A DNA stretch of 64,000 nt, from the NCBI GenBank assembly GCA_043228905.1, contig JBHGNT010000003.1, positions 4,650,001 to 4,714,000 of the forward strand, given 5' to 3'. The notes below the pieces were generated by a model. The model was not told the DNA's origin. It saw only the letters and a list, made by a program, of their open reading frames with translations, and made no database searches. The DNA comes from Azolla caroliniana. Taxonomy: Eukaryota > Plantae > Polypodiophyta. Position 1 is the stretch's first letter, and each line of letters starts with the position of its first letter. Below, in pieces: positions 1 through 11,478 of this stretch. The position numbers were made by a program, and so were the translations under genes.

Positions 1-755
1 CAATCGGATCGACACTTCCGGCAAAATGCAAGCTATCCGGAAAACAAAGCTCGAGGACAAAGGCACAGAAGACGGATATGAGGAAGATACCATATGCCTC
101 TAGTGTCGGAAGCTTAATGTACGCAATGGTGTGCACCCGGCCGGATATCGGATATGCAGTCGGAGTGGTGAGCCGGTTCATGAGCAATCCCAGAAAAGAG
201 TACTGGAACGCGGTCAAGTGGATACTCTGGTATCTGAAAGGCACCTCAAGTATGTGCCTCCGGTCCGGCTTCGGTAATCCCCAACTTGACGGATTCATGG
301 ATTCGGATATGTCGGCTGATGTAGATACCAACTGGTCGACATCCGGATATGTCATGACTTATGTAGGGGGAGTTGTTTCGTGGCAATTGAGGTTGCAGAA
401 GACGATTGCGCTGTCAACCATGGAGGCAGAGTACATGGCAATTGTGGAAGCTAGCAAGGAGATAATCTGGATGAAGGACTTCATCGGAGAGCTAGGGATC
501 CAATTGGAGGAATAATGACTCCACAACCATAGTCAAAGTACCATCCACCTTGCAAAGAACGCGGCCTACCATTCTCGGACGATCCATCAGAGGTACCACT
601 AGATCCGAGAGAGAGTAGAAGATCAAGAGTTCGTGCTGACGAAAATCCACATGGAGGAGAACGGGTCGTATATGCTGACCAAGGTGTTGAAAACCGACAA
701 GCTGGAAGCGTGCCGAAAGAAAATCGGGCTGGCGAGACATCCCATGCCGGAGTGA
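1..755 (+). pseudogene. Ty1/Copia RT-RNase H C-terminal fragment (degenerate)
   Basis: ORF 78..515 has PYASSVGSLMYAMVCTRPDIGYAVGVVSRFMSNP and TIALSTMEAEY. It is homologous to the intact Copia at 22179-25214 and carries stops/frameshifts downstream. Confidence 0.95.
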
Positions 756-765
756 AGGGGGAGAT

Positions 766-1098
766 TGTTGGGAAATCGGTCCCTCCGGATGGGATCCGTT
801 TATGAATGAAGAGGACCCGGTGAGAACCGGAAGAGATTTGGAAACCAGAGGAGACCAGGTGAGAATCGAAAGAGAAGACATACTTGTAAATATGTTATGA
901 GTAAATAGGTTATATTTGTAAATAGCCCTAAGTTCATATAAGTATAAATATGACTTAGGGCAATCACTTTAGTGGTGTGGTGTTTTTGTCATATTGTTGT
1001 ATGTGTATAACTGCTGTACAAGTAGAGAGTGAGAGAGAATGAGAGAGTAGCTACGAGCACTTTGTTGTAACCGCCGTCTGGCGAAGATACAGAGCACA
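766..1098 (+). mobile_element. Truncated 3' LTR of the Copia fragment (PPT at 754-764)
   Basis: GAAGGGGGAGA purine tract followed by TGTTGGG; contains the family TATA-hairpin (925-961); breaks off into Gypsy pol sequence at ~1099. Confidence 0.8.
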
Positions 1099-1280
1099 AT
1101 GTATTTGACAAGGTAAAAGCTGAAACACTTCCTCATCTTCCCATCGATTTACAACCAGGAAAAGAGTCATCGTGAGGACCGATTTACAGCTTGTCACCAA
1201 CCAAGTTGGAAGTCCTTCGAGCCTACATAGAGGAGAATTTGGCAAGTAGGTTTATTCTTCATTCGAAATCTCCGGCTAGT
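1099..1280 (+). pseudogene. Tcn1-like Gypsy pol, start of RT (left half of interrupted host)
   Basis: Translates as VFDKVKAETLP..PIDLQPGKE..GPIYSLSPTKLEVLRAYIEENLAS.FI.HSKSPA and resumes at 15125 with [14 protein letters not shown]. Confidence 0.85.
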
Positions 1281-1753
1281 TGTTAAGAGTCTATTACTAA
1301 TCAATAGACCAAACTAAAGTAAAAGAAAAAAAATAGAATGGATAGAAGAACCCATTCCACCCGACCACCCTCGAGCTATGATCTAGACATAGCCAACCTA
1401 CCACTGACGTCCCATACCGCCGGATAATAGGATGACTAATACCTTGGAAGAGATAAACACGATCGTCGAGACGAAAGCCTAGACCGCACCACCGGTGTCT
1501 AAGACAACAGCCTTCCGATGTTATGTGATTATGAGGGTAGCTAAGCCTCATACTTATACCTTTTCCTAGGCCCCTTGAATAGATGTTTCTTTCTAAAAGG
1601 CTCTCCATTCATTGGTTGTCCCAATCATGATGGTGCATGCACCTATCATTCCTTCTATCCAATCATTAGTTCCCTTTTTAACATTAGTGAACATACCCTT
1701 CACTAATGTAAATATTGGTGACCTACCCTCACCAACGTTATGTGTACATAACA
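1281..1753 (-). repeat. 3' LTR of Gypsy 1281-15124
   Basis: Direct repeat of 14653-15124, TG...CA, adjacent reverse PPT TACTCCCCCTAC. Confidence 0.95.
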
Positions 1754-1760
1754 TACTCCC

Positions 1761-4402
1761 CTACTTCAAAAGATTGCACTCTTGCAATATAAAGTGAGAA
1801 AATTGTTCCCTAAGAGTATGCTCGCGTTCCCATGTGGCATCATTAATAGGTTTATCCATCCATTTGATCTTGAATAGCCGAATCTCTTTAGAACGTAAAC
1901 ATTTAGTACGAGAATCAAGAATTCGTTCAGGAACATGAGGTTTGTAAGAAAAATCCTCTAATGTTACAAGATCTTGGATTATGATGGTGTTATCACCAGA
2001 GCCTAAAAATGGTTTTAGACGACTAACGTGAAAAACAGGATGAATACCAACATTACAGGGTAAGGCAAGGTGATAAGCAGATGACCCAACCCGCTTAAGG
2101 ATTTCAAATGGGCCACAATATCGTGGGGCTAACTTAGAGCACTTGCCCGTAGACAATGACGTAGAGTCAGTAGGGACATGCAAAAAAACTTTTTGACCAA
2201 TAGTAAATGCATGAGGACGTCTATCCTGATTAGCATAAAATTGAGCACAATCTCGAGTTGTCTTGACATTCTCTTTGGCAATATGCAACATTTGGTTCAT
2301 GTCTTGCAAAAATTTTTGTGTACTGTTTAATATATCATGATGAATCGTGACATCAACTGGGGCATGTGGCTGAAAACCATACATCAACATAAAAGGACTA
2401 TATCCAGTGGATGTATGTTTAGAGCTATTATAGGAAAATTCTAAGATAGGAAGGTATTGCTCCCACTTAGAAGGGGTTTTTGCTACATAAGCTCGAAGCA
2501 TGTCCTCAATAATTTGATTAACTCGTTCAGTTTGTCCATCAGACTGAGGATGATCTGCGGAACTCCTGCTCAACGTAGTTTCTAGTTTCTTAAAGACCTG
2601 AGTCCAAAAGTCACTAGTAAACTTGGAATCTCGATCACTTACAATATCCATCGGTAATCCATAAAAGCGAAATAACTCATCAACAAATTGATAAGCCAAT
2701 TGTTGAGCGGTTACCATGGTTTTGGTAGTAATAAATCTAGCCAATTTTGTTAGTCTGTCAACGACAACCCAAATGGCATCATGACTCCTCTGTGTACGAG
2801 GTAAATTAACAATAAAATCCATTGAGATACTTTACCTCAATGGACATTCATGAAGAATTTTCTATTTTACGTTTGGTAAATCTGGAACACAAACCTTTCC
2901 ATTACGGTAGAGCAAACCATTTGTAATGTGAAAGGTCGCCTTCGAGGGTAGGGTGCTAGTATCGACATCTAAACCAAATTCGGCTTTTGTCCAGTATTTC
3001 AAAAAATAACTGTCATCAAAGTATTTCCTTCGAAGGTGATCTAAAAGATCATATTTTATTTCCGTGAAGCTAAGCATGTTAACTTCTTTAATGCGACTAA
3101 GAGCATCCGCAATAGTGTTCATAGAACCCTTGCGATACCGTATGGAAAAATCAAAATCTTGCATAAGGTCAGCCCAATGACCTTTACGACCAACAAGATC
3201 TAGCTGGTCACAAAAATACTTCAATGATGGATGGTCTGTTGTAACCACAAATTTATTTCTATAGAGATAGTGCCTCCATGTTTTAAGTACATGTATTACC
3301 AGAAACAACTCTTTCTCTTGAACCGAATACCGAGATTGAGTAGGATCAAGCTTCTTACATTCAAAAGCAATAGGGTGACCAACTTGATAAAGAATGACAC
3401 CAATAGCATAATCACTAGCATCAGTTTCGATTGAGAAAGGCTTAGAAGGGTTCGGTAATAGAAGAGTGGGAGCCTGACACACATGCTCTTTGAGTGTCTC
3501 AAATGATTTGTCAAGTTGTTCATTCCATGCAATTGGTTTGACAGACTTATGTGGATGACCTTTTAAAAGGTCAGTTAATGGCGTAGTCAATTTGGAGTAG
3601 TTACGAATTGATTTTCGTAAAAATCCAACAAACCCTAATAATGATCGCAGTTCACGAATATTACAAGGAATGGGCCAAAGTTTAACCTTTTCCATATGAG
3701 AAGGTTCAATTTCAACACCATTTTCCGTAATTAAATGACCTAGGTACACAATAGATTTTTGGAAAAAATCACATTTTGAATGTTTTGCATATAAAGAGTT
3801 GTCACGCAGCTTTTGCAAAACAAATCGAACATGTTGAACATGATCTTGCAAGGTACGACTATATATCAAAATATCATCCAAGAAGACGACAACAAAATCA
3901 CCGAGTTGATCTCGGAAAATGTCATTCATCGCTTGTTGGAATGTGGTTGGAGCATTAGTCAACCCGAAGGCATGACTAAAAACTCATAATGGCCATAACG
4001 CGTATGAAAAGCGGTTTTAGGAATATCATGCTCGGCAATGCGAATCTGATGATAACCTGTCCGTAAGTCAATTTTCGTAAAATATTGGGCCCATGCAAAC
4101 GATCAATCAAATCATCGACACGAGGTAACGGATATGCATTTTTAATTGTCATTTTATTCAAACGGCGATAATTGATACACATTCGCTATGAACCTTCCTT
4201 CTTCTTAACCAATAGAACTGGTGCACCCCAAGGTGATTTACTATAGCTAATGTGGCCCATACTCAAGTATTCCTTAAGTTGTTTGGCAATCTCATCCTCT
4301 TCTAATCGACTAAGTCGGTAAGGTGGGTGGAATGCTCATAGGAGCAGCACCATGAATGAGTTCAATTTCATGGTCCACATTACGTTTTGGTGGTAAACAT
4401 GT
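1761..4402 (-). pseudogene. Gypsy RT-RNase H-integrase-chromodomain (frameshifted)
   Basis: [71 protein letters not shown]; C-terminal PERILDSR..IKW....DATWE chromodomain. Confidence 0.95.
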
Positions 4403-5557
4403 TCGCCTTCAGAAGTGGAAGGATCGCACATTCCACTTTTAGATTCCCTTTATAGTCACACAATTTTAGCTTGTTGTGAAATATGACATGCACCAGTATC
4501 ACATGATAAACCACAAAGGGTGAATTTATTGATTTATTAATCTGATACATCTCTATATCGAGAGAACATGCTATTTATTGGAGAAAATATAAATGTACTA
4601 GATTTATTCTTGCAACGTTTAAAAATTTAGGGTTGGTTTTTACCGCGCATTCATTTTATACAAATTAATTATTTGACTAAAGAATTAACAAACAGGAATT
4701 CCATTTTCGCGAGATGTGAAGTGCATAGGTTTACAATGGTTAAACTTTCCAAGAGAGGTGTATATGCTATTTGAGAAATTGATATTTACATATTATTGAA
4801 TACAATACTTAGTAAAGATCATTAGGATATAATACCAAATGTATATGTTCATGACAACACATGAAAATTAGAAGTAGAAAGCATACTCATAACTATTAGT
4901 TTACATTACATTAGACATACAAGAATATACCCAAAACATATATGACTATTATTAAGGTATAGGCAGCGCTAAATTTTTGGGTGCCATAATAGAGATAACT
5001 CTCCGGTATTAACGTTAAAGCATGCATTAAAATTTTCATTTGATTGTCTACACATAAACACTAAATCAAGAGGTTAAACACGTATATACAAATGGAGTAA
5101 TAATAATCTAGCCCTCCATACATCCAGTCCAGACAACCATCAACCATAGAAACATGATTATTGTTGTACAATCCCCTCTAATAAAGCAAATACTCTCCAA
5201 TATCTACAAATGCCTCCTTCAGTCCTAGTAAATGTTATTTATCATAGTTATTCTATAAGTATAATAAATTCAAAAAGTGATTGGCAATAGCAAACATGGA
5301 ACTAAGTTTTATAAACACAATTGATGGGTAAATATAAAGAATGAACATACATTTTCTTTGATCTTAACTATATACTTAGATGATAGTCCAACAAATTTAA
5401 TAAATATGTGCCACAAGATATAAACATAGCAACACATTAATTAAAACATAATATAACACCATATAAACAAATAAATTGGATCATATTAGGAAATAGAATT
5501 GATTAAAAGATCTTTGATAAGAAGTAATTACATTAAAAGTTTTTTTATAAACTCTAA

Positions 5558-8500
5558 CTACATCACTAGGAGAGTATCCATATCATTGGATTCCTCATCA
5601 ATCGGTGAACTATCATCCACTTTTAGCGTAGTAGTATCCACTCCAGATAGACTCGTTACCGTGGGGTCCTCCGTTAAGTCATCGTCAAGCTCTACGAGTT
5701 CCCCAGGTTCACCAGCCAAAGGAGGAATTTGTTCACGGGAGGCAGGTTGAAAACGTTTGGTATCTGCCATATGTTTGGCCCCTACCTCCTCATCTTGATC
5801 GGGGCATTCCCAAAGTGCGTGAAGCCTCATGTTGATGAAGTTCACCTACTCCTCATCTTTCTCCAATGAGATCGAATTTCAGAAAAGCTTCAAAGCACAT
5901 GCTGAAGTGGTGCCTAAACACCATAAATAAGAAATAATGAGTATTATCATAGGTCTAAATATAAATAAAACCTTCAACACATTGGGAAAATTATTTGACC
6001 ATTTACTTGTGCCAAAAAACAAGTCCAATATCCAATCATCTTCATTCAAAAACATCTCGACAAGGTGCATCATTAAACGTTGGGGCTTCTGGTAGGGATT
6101 CACAAGCCCACGCTTAGTCGTGGTCACATGTCGAAGCTTCCGTGTCACGGCTGGATATACGAGCAAGTTTGAGCATCCCACCTCATTCGAATGCTCCTTG
6201 ATTCTTTGATTCTTGATCTCGTCATAATAACCAACTGTTATATATTCCATTGCGTTGACGAACTGAAAAGTCGGTCCCCTATTTACGTTGGTTTTAATCC
6301 TGATCATTGAGGAAAAAGTTATAAGCAGTTTAAATTATAACATATAATTCCTATTGAAATACAATGCTTTCGATAAAATCCTTACCAAGCAAGGTTCTCA
6401 ATTCCATGGCAACGAGATCTCAACGCTGGAGCCACGGAATATCCCTGATCCATGCTATGAAATATTACAATTCTCCACAAGGAAGCGGTGGTCAAGTCGG
6501 CGAAATCTTTTACCATTTTTTCCAACTGCTTGAACCTAAAAGGTTCGTCATCGTAGATTGAACCAGCCATACGAAAACCGTATGGAATATTAGCTACCAT
6601 TAACGTATACTCTTTCTTTGGCAGCTTCTGGATCATGTCAGCCACATCCCCACAATAAACATTGTAGTACAGATCTCTGGTGATGTCTTTTTTGTGGCTA
6701 AACTTCTTGAAGGTGCCGTCATCTTCCACCTCAAATGCCATTACCAAGTGTCGATCCTTTATTTCACCAAGCCTCTTACTCTGACATGGTTTCTAAATAA
6801 AATAAGACATCAACAATGTTATAGTGATACACGGGATGGACCACCACAAATTGATCAAACAAAGAGTTATACTCACCCAATCCTTAAATGCAATGAAATA
6901 TTCCAAGAACGCCTTGTACAAAGACAATATCGGATATTTTTCAGTCACTTGTTCCCACGATAAGCAACCTAGTTGCTTCATCATCACTTCTTGTATTTTC
7001 ATATAGACTTTGTGGCTGAAAATTTAGAAACCAACATTAAAAATTCAATTCTTAAAACAAGATAAACCATAAAAAATTTAGTAAGACCTTACTTGTTGAA
7101 CTCCGTAACCATTTCCTCTAGGCTCAACTCCTTCGCTACAACTCTTGAAAGCACAGATATAAGAAGTTTCTCATCTTTGATCCCTTGCATTGCCCTCCAT
7201 AAAGACAACTTCATATCATCTGCTGCTTCCTCAATGGTAAGCTAAATCTTCTTCGCAGTTGAGCTCTTCAATTCTAATTGAGGGTCAACTTTCGACTTCT
7301 TTTGTCTTTGACCCTTCACTTCCTTATTCTCCCACATCATAAATATTTGATCTTGAAGATCCCAGACTCCTCCATCCCTAAATGCGAGTTGAAACCACGA
7401 CTCATACTTTTTGATTCCATCAGACTTCACCGCATCGTCCACCACAATTCCCACTTCGTGGAGACATTGACGTCGTAGAGTTGGATATAGTTTCGCTCCA
7501 TATTTGGTTTTCCCGTCGAGGTACTCGTGGTGAAAAAACTTAATGCGTTCGATGGAGGACATCTTCTGCCAGTAGTCATTGTCGTTATTGTGGTCCCATG
7601 CTAACAACTTTGCCTCCTTAGTTGGTAACCCCACATAAATTTTGCATTCCGCATATTTGAAGAAGAAAGTTGTGGGATGCTCGCGGACTAATTGTCGTCT
7701 GGCCTCCGCCGAGTGAGATCCTCCAATCACAAAATAATTGTATTGGTCATGCTTCTTAATATCAAAATCCTCTAGCTTAGAGCACTCAAGAGGATCCACC
7801 ATTAAAATAAAAGGCATGATCGTTGCATGAGGGTTGATTTTCATCTTCTTCTTTAAATTTTGGACGTGCAGCTTATGTGGTTCCCTGATCTCCAAAGGGC
7901 GAGGTCCTGTATTCTTATCCAGAGGGGGGCGATGAATATGGGTTATCGGAAGGTTAAAAACTTGCCCCTTCCACACAAGTTTTCTATGTATTAAGTCCCT
8001 TCTAATTTTATTTTGTTCTGATGAGAACACACCAGATGCTAGCTCTGCTCCTGGTGTAGTTTGAGCCTCTTCATCCTTTGTTGAACTCGATAACTCAGGA
8101 TCTGACATTCTCGTCACCTTCTTTTTTGAGGGCCTGGACTGCACTGCAGATTTCCTTATTGGTGCTTTAATGGGCGATAAGGAGGCTGTCTTGAAATTAA
8201 CATGACCTTGAATATATGGCCTTAGTGTTGTTATTAAGTTAGTACTTGTCTCAATAGCATGTCGGAAGGATTTTGGCCTGCAGGAATCCTTCAACAAGCA
8301 GTCTTCGGAGACCATCATCTATCGGACTCCTTTTGTACAGTTGACTAATACAATCAAATTAGTTGAGTCCGCATCTTCATAGTTCAGTTGCAAGATGTTG
8401 CCATAGCTAAATGCACGATCTTGAGCAAGCATACCACGTCTAGCCAGTCTGGTAACTAACAATACTACTTTCTTTTTTGAGTCTACATATTGGATTGCCC

Positions 8501-8732
8501 ACTCATATCCAGTTAAGTCAATGTCTAACTGGTCCTCACTTCCTCCAACTGCGGCATATGTTTTTTGACTAACTTCGTCAGACGGCTGCCTCACGACTTC
8601 ATCTTCAAACATGAGTTTCTTTCCCTTTTGTGGATATGTCACAACAGGGATCTTTGTGTTGTCTGGAGGTGAGCTTTGATACTTAATCCGAATTCTGCTG
8701 AGTGGCCTCTCCTCCTTAGTGTCAGTCGACAA
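5558..8732 (-). pseudogene. Spliced ParB/Srx-like domain + beta-class N6-adenine/N4-cytosine DNA methyltransferase fusion (pseudogene)
   Basis: Exons 8732-7093, 7015-6877, 6792-6386, 6299-6007, 5913-5558 with GT-AG introns keep one frame (2835 nt, 945 codons). Motifs: YFVIGGSHSAEARRQL (ParB-like), CGDVADMIQKL..LMVANIPYG (motif IV), WIK..E, QKPQRLMMHLVEMF..DDWILDLFFGTSTTSACALKL (motifs X/I). Four in-frame stops. Confidence 0.85.
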
Positions 8733-9049
8733 TACAACAGATGAACCTAAACCTATAATCTCTCAAATTATGGGGTGTCAAATTATATACATTATGCAGA
8801 TTGGTAGTTTGGAATGCCAAATTAACAATCCAATATAGTTATGTATTTGAAACCTAGGGATTGGACAGAGGAAAATGTATATTTAACGTCTCATAGTCCA
8901 CCGTACACTAAAATTAGTATGATTTTGGTATCTCGAGCAATACCTAAATATCAACTCTATTGATCCAATTTGACCGTATTTTGACCTAATTTAGAATTGT
9001 TGAACCTATTTTACTACTTATTTTTGGTCTAATATGTGTTATGACCCCG

Positions 9050-9613
9050 AACTCGATATGACGTATTGAGTTTAATCCCTGGGAGCCACAACTTGATACG
9101 CCGTATCGAGTTAAGACCCCCGCGTATTGAGTTTTAGGACTTGGAGCCACAACTCGATACAACATATCAAGTTAAGACGCCCAACTCGATACGCCGTATC
9201 GAGTTTTAGCCCTGGGAGCCACAACTCGATATGCCGTATCGAGCCGTAACGAGTTGGGGCTCCTAGGAGCCGCAACTCAATACGACGTATCTAGTTATGT
9301 CACCCAACTCGATACGCCGTATCGAGTTGTAGGTCTAGGAGGCACAACTCGATACGGCATATCGAGATATGTCCCCCAACTCGATATGGCGTATCGAGTT
9401 GTAGCCCTAGGAGGCATAACGCGATACGCCGTAACGAGTTATATCCCCCAATTCGATACGGCGTAACAAGTTGTGACACCTAGGGCAACAACTCGATACG
9501 GCGTACCGAGTTGGGAGACATAACTCGATACGCCGTATCGAGTTGGGCGTCTTAACTCAATACAACGTATCTAGTTCTAGCGTTAGGAGCCACTAGATAC
9601 GGCGTAACGAGTT
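9050..9613. repeat. Array of 23-bp palindromes AACTCGATACG-S-CGTATCGAGTT with alternating 17-bp and 9-bp spacers
   Basis: About 15 full and 2 half copies; perfect copies at 9183-9205, 9306-9328 and 9522-9544; higher-order period 72 bp. Confidence 0.95.
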
Positions 9614-9658
9614 CTAATACGAAATATAAAGCATGTAGATGGTCATATGTTTGTACAG

Positions 9659-9840
9659 TTTAGGGTTTAGATCCTACTTGTTGTCAGAATGGGCAGTCTT
9701 TTTGCTCGACATGATGATCGTGTCGGTTCGGGGATGAGTGAGGTATCTTGGGAGTTCTCGCATCTGTGCTTTGGCGCTCTGGAGAATGGTTACGCTCAAC
9801 TGTGGGGAATGAAAAAGAGAGGTCGGTTCTATTTATGGGA
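9659..9840 (-). promoter_or_regulatory. Putative promoter/first exon of the ParB-MTase gene
   Basis: Minus-strand ATAAATA at 9836-9830 followed by a pyrimidine patch, candidate donor GTAGG at 9677, telo-box AAACCCTAAA at 9659-9668; candidate acceptor near 8748. Confidence 0.35.
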
Positions 9841-10312
9841 GGGGAAGGGAACATAGTTAAAAAAGTAACCACGATTAGAATTAAATGCCAATAGTGCCTT
9901 TAGTTATTTATCTTAGAATTTGTATTTATTATTATTATAAAATAATGATTATCTTTATACTTTATGTGTAATATGATCATTATGATCTAGTAGTTATGAT
10001 TTCATACTTATGTGTGTTATGATTTAGTACCTATTATGAGCTAATACTTATTATGATTTAATGCATGTGCAAGGTCAGTCCTATGATTGAGTATACTTAT
10101 CTACATTATTGGTAGTCTAATGATTTTGATTTTGAGAACATTCACTAATTGGGTGAGGATAGTGGTATTATGCAATTATGTGACATGGACACGTGATCAA
10201 TTTTTATTTATAACTAATAGAAATATAGAAAAAATTATATAATAAAATATACAAAATACATATATACTTCCTTAGAATTCTATTTATAGTTTAAGTATGT
10301 CTTACAATTTGT

Positions 10313-11478
10313 ATGCTTAGGGAACCTCAAACAATGGGAAATAATTCACCCTTTTTTGTTGAGGAATATCAACTGTCATCGGATTCCTCACCTTCTCTAG
10401 GGTTTTCGGTAGAAGAATACCATTGGTCTCAAGATTCTAATTTCTCCGTTGAGGAGTATATAATCTCCAACAGTCCAGTCAATACGACAAGATGCCTTGA
10501 ATTCTCAATTGAAGAGTATGACCCATACGCGGACTCAGGTGAGAATGTAGGTGATTGTCAAAGTCCCGAAAGTATTTCTACCTAGCAACAGAGAACAAAT
10601 GTGCGCCAAGAGGAGGACACACCAATATCAGCTAAGGATGACAATAAGTCAGTGAGCCCCTTATTTTTCAAAAGGGTTTCAAGATGTATTAGTCGAGAAC
10701 GATTTGCTTTAGTGACATCTGAGGCTCAACTTACTGTAGATGTTAAAAAGACATGCTGCGCTCGTGGGTGTATGGCGATGATTGGAAAGCAAAACTTGCG
10801 GTCTTTGAGATGTTACTATTTCTCACTCAATGGTGATGAACAAGACACCTATCTTATGACACACTTACAGATGGTGTCAGACAAAGCCTTAGATATCTCG
10901 ATCTCTTTCGAATATTACCTTTTTACGGCACGACAATGTTGTAGAGTGGCATTCAAGATCGCACTTTGTGTTAGCAACATGAGATTACATAGAGTGCAAC
11001 ACAGAGTTTTTATCATCTTCAATCCCATTGAAGATGATAATTTGCCAAGTATGAAGGGTGCATCAGGTAGAAATGCGATCTGCTGGATGAAGACATACTT
11101 CAAGTTCAATTGTGAGATAATGCCAACTACTGGTAGGTTGCATCTCTCTGACAATTATATACGTCTAGAAGTTTATGATTCCTATAGATTGGAAATGTCA
11201 CCTACAGTTAGTTCACAAGGTTGTGGACATTGCACTTTAGTAATGTTATTATACCTCGTAAAGTATGTATGGGGTATTGTTCAGTATGTGCAAACCTAAA
11301 GAGCGTGTGTAAAGGGGCAAAGACAGCGACAGAGAAGGAGCTAAATAAGAAATTGTTACAAGATCACCAAGACGCCCAAGCATTAGAGAGAAAAAGAGCT
11401 ATGCAGCATAGGGATAAGTCGATAAACAATCCAACTAAGTACATGTGTTTAATGATAGATGGAATGGGCCAAAATTAA
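10313..11478 (+). pseudogene. Truncated Sola-like DDE transposase
   Basis: ORFs 10313..10585 and 10601..11299 are in frame (one stop) and shift into 11221..11478. Cys-rich N-part (CCARGC, CCRVAF), then IIPRKV.MGYCSVC..H..ER..YMCLMIDGMGQ, resembling the CxxC..H..D-x-x-Q start of Sola1-type catalytic cores; cut off after the first catalytic Asp. Confidence 0.6.

Noticed and set aside
5558-8732. Bacterial contamination or prophage gene
   Set aside because: The gene has GT-AG introns and is embedded in plant-type retrotransposon sequence.
9050-9613. CRISPR array
   Set aside because: Spacers are only 9 and 17 bp and are related to each other rather than unique; there are no cas genes and the context is eukaryotic.
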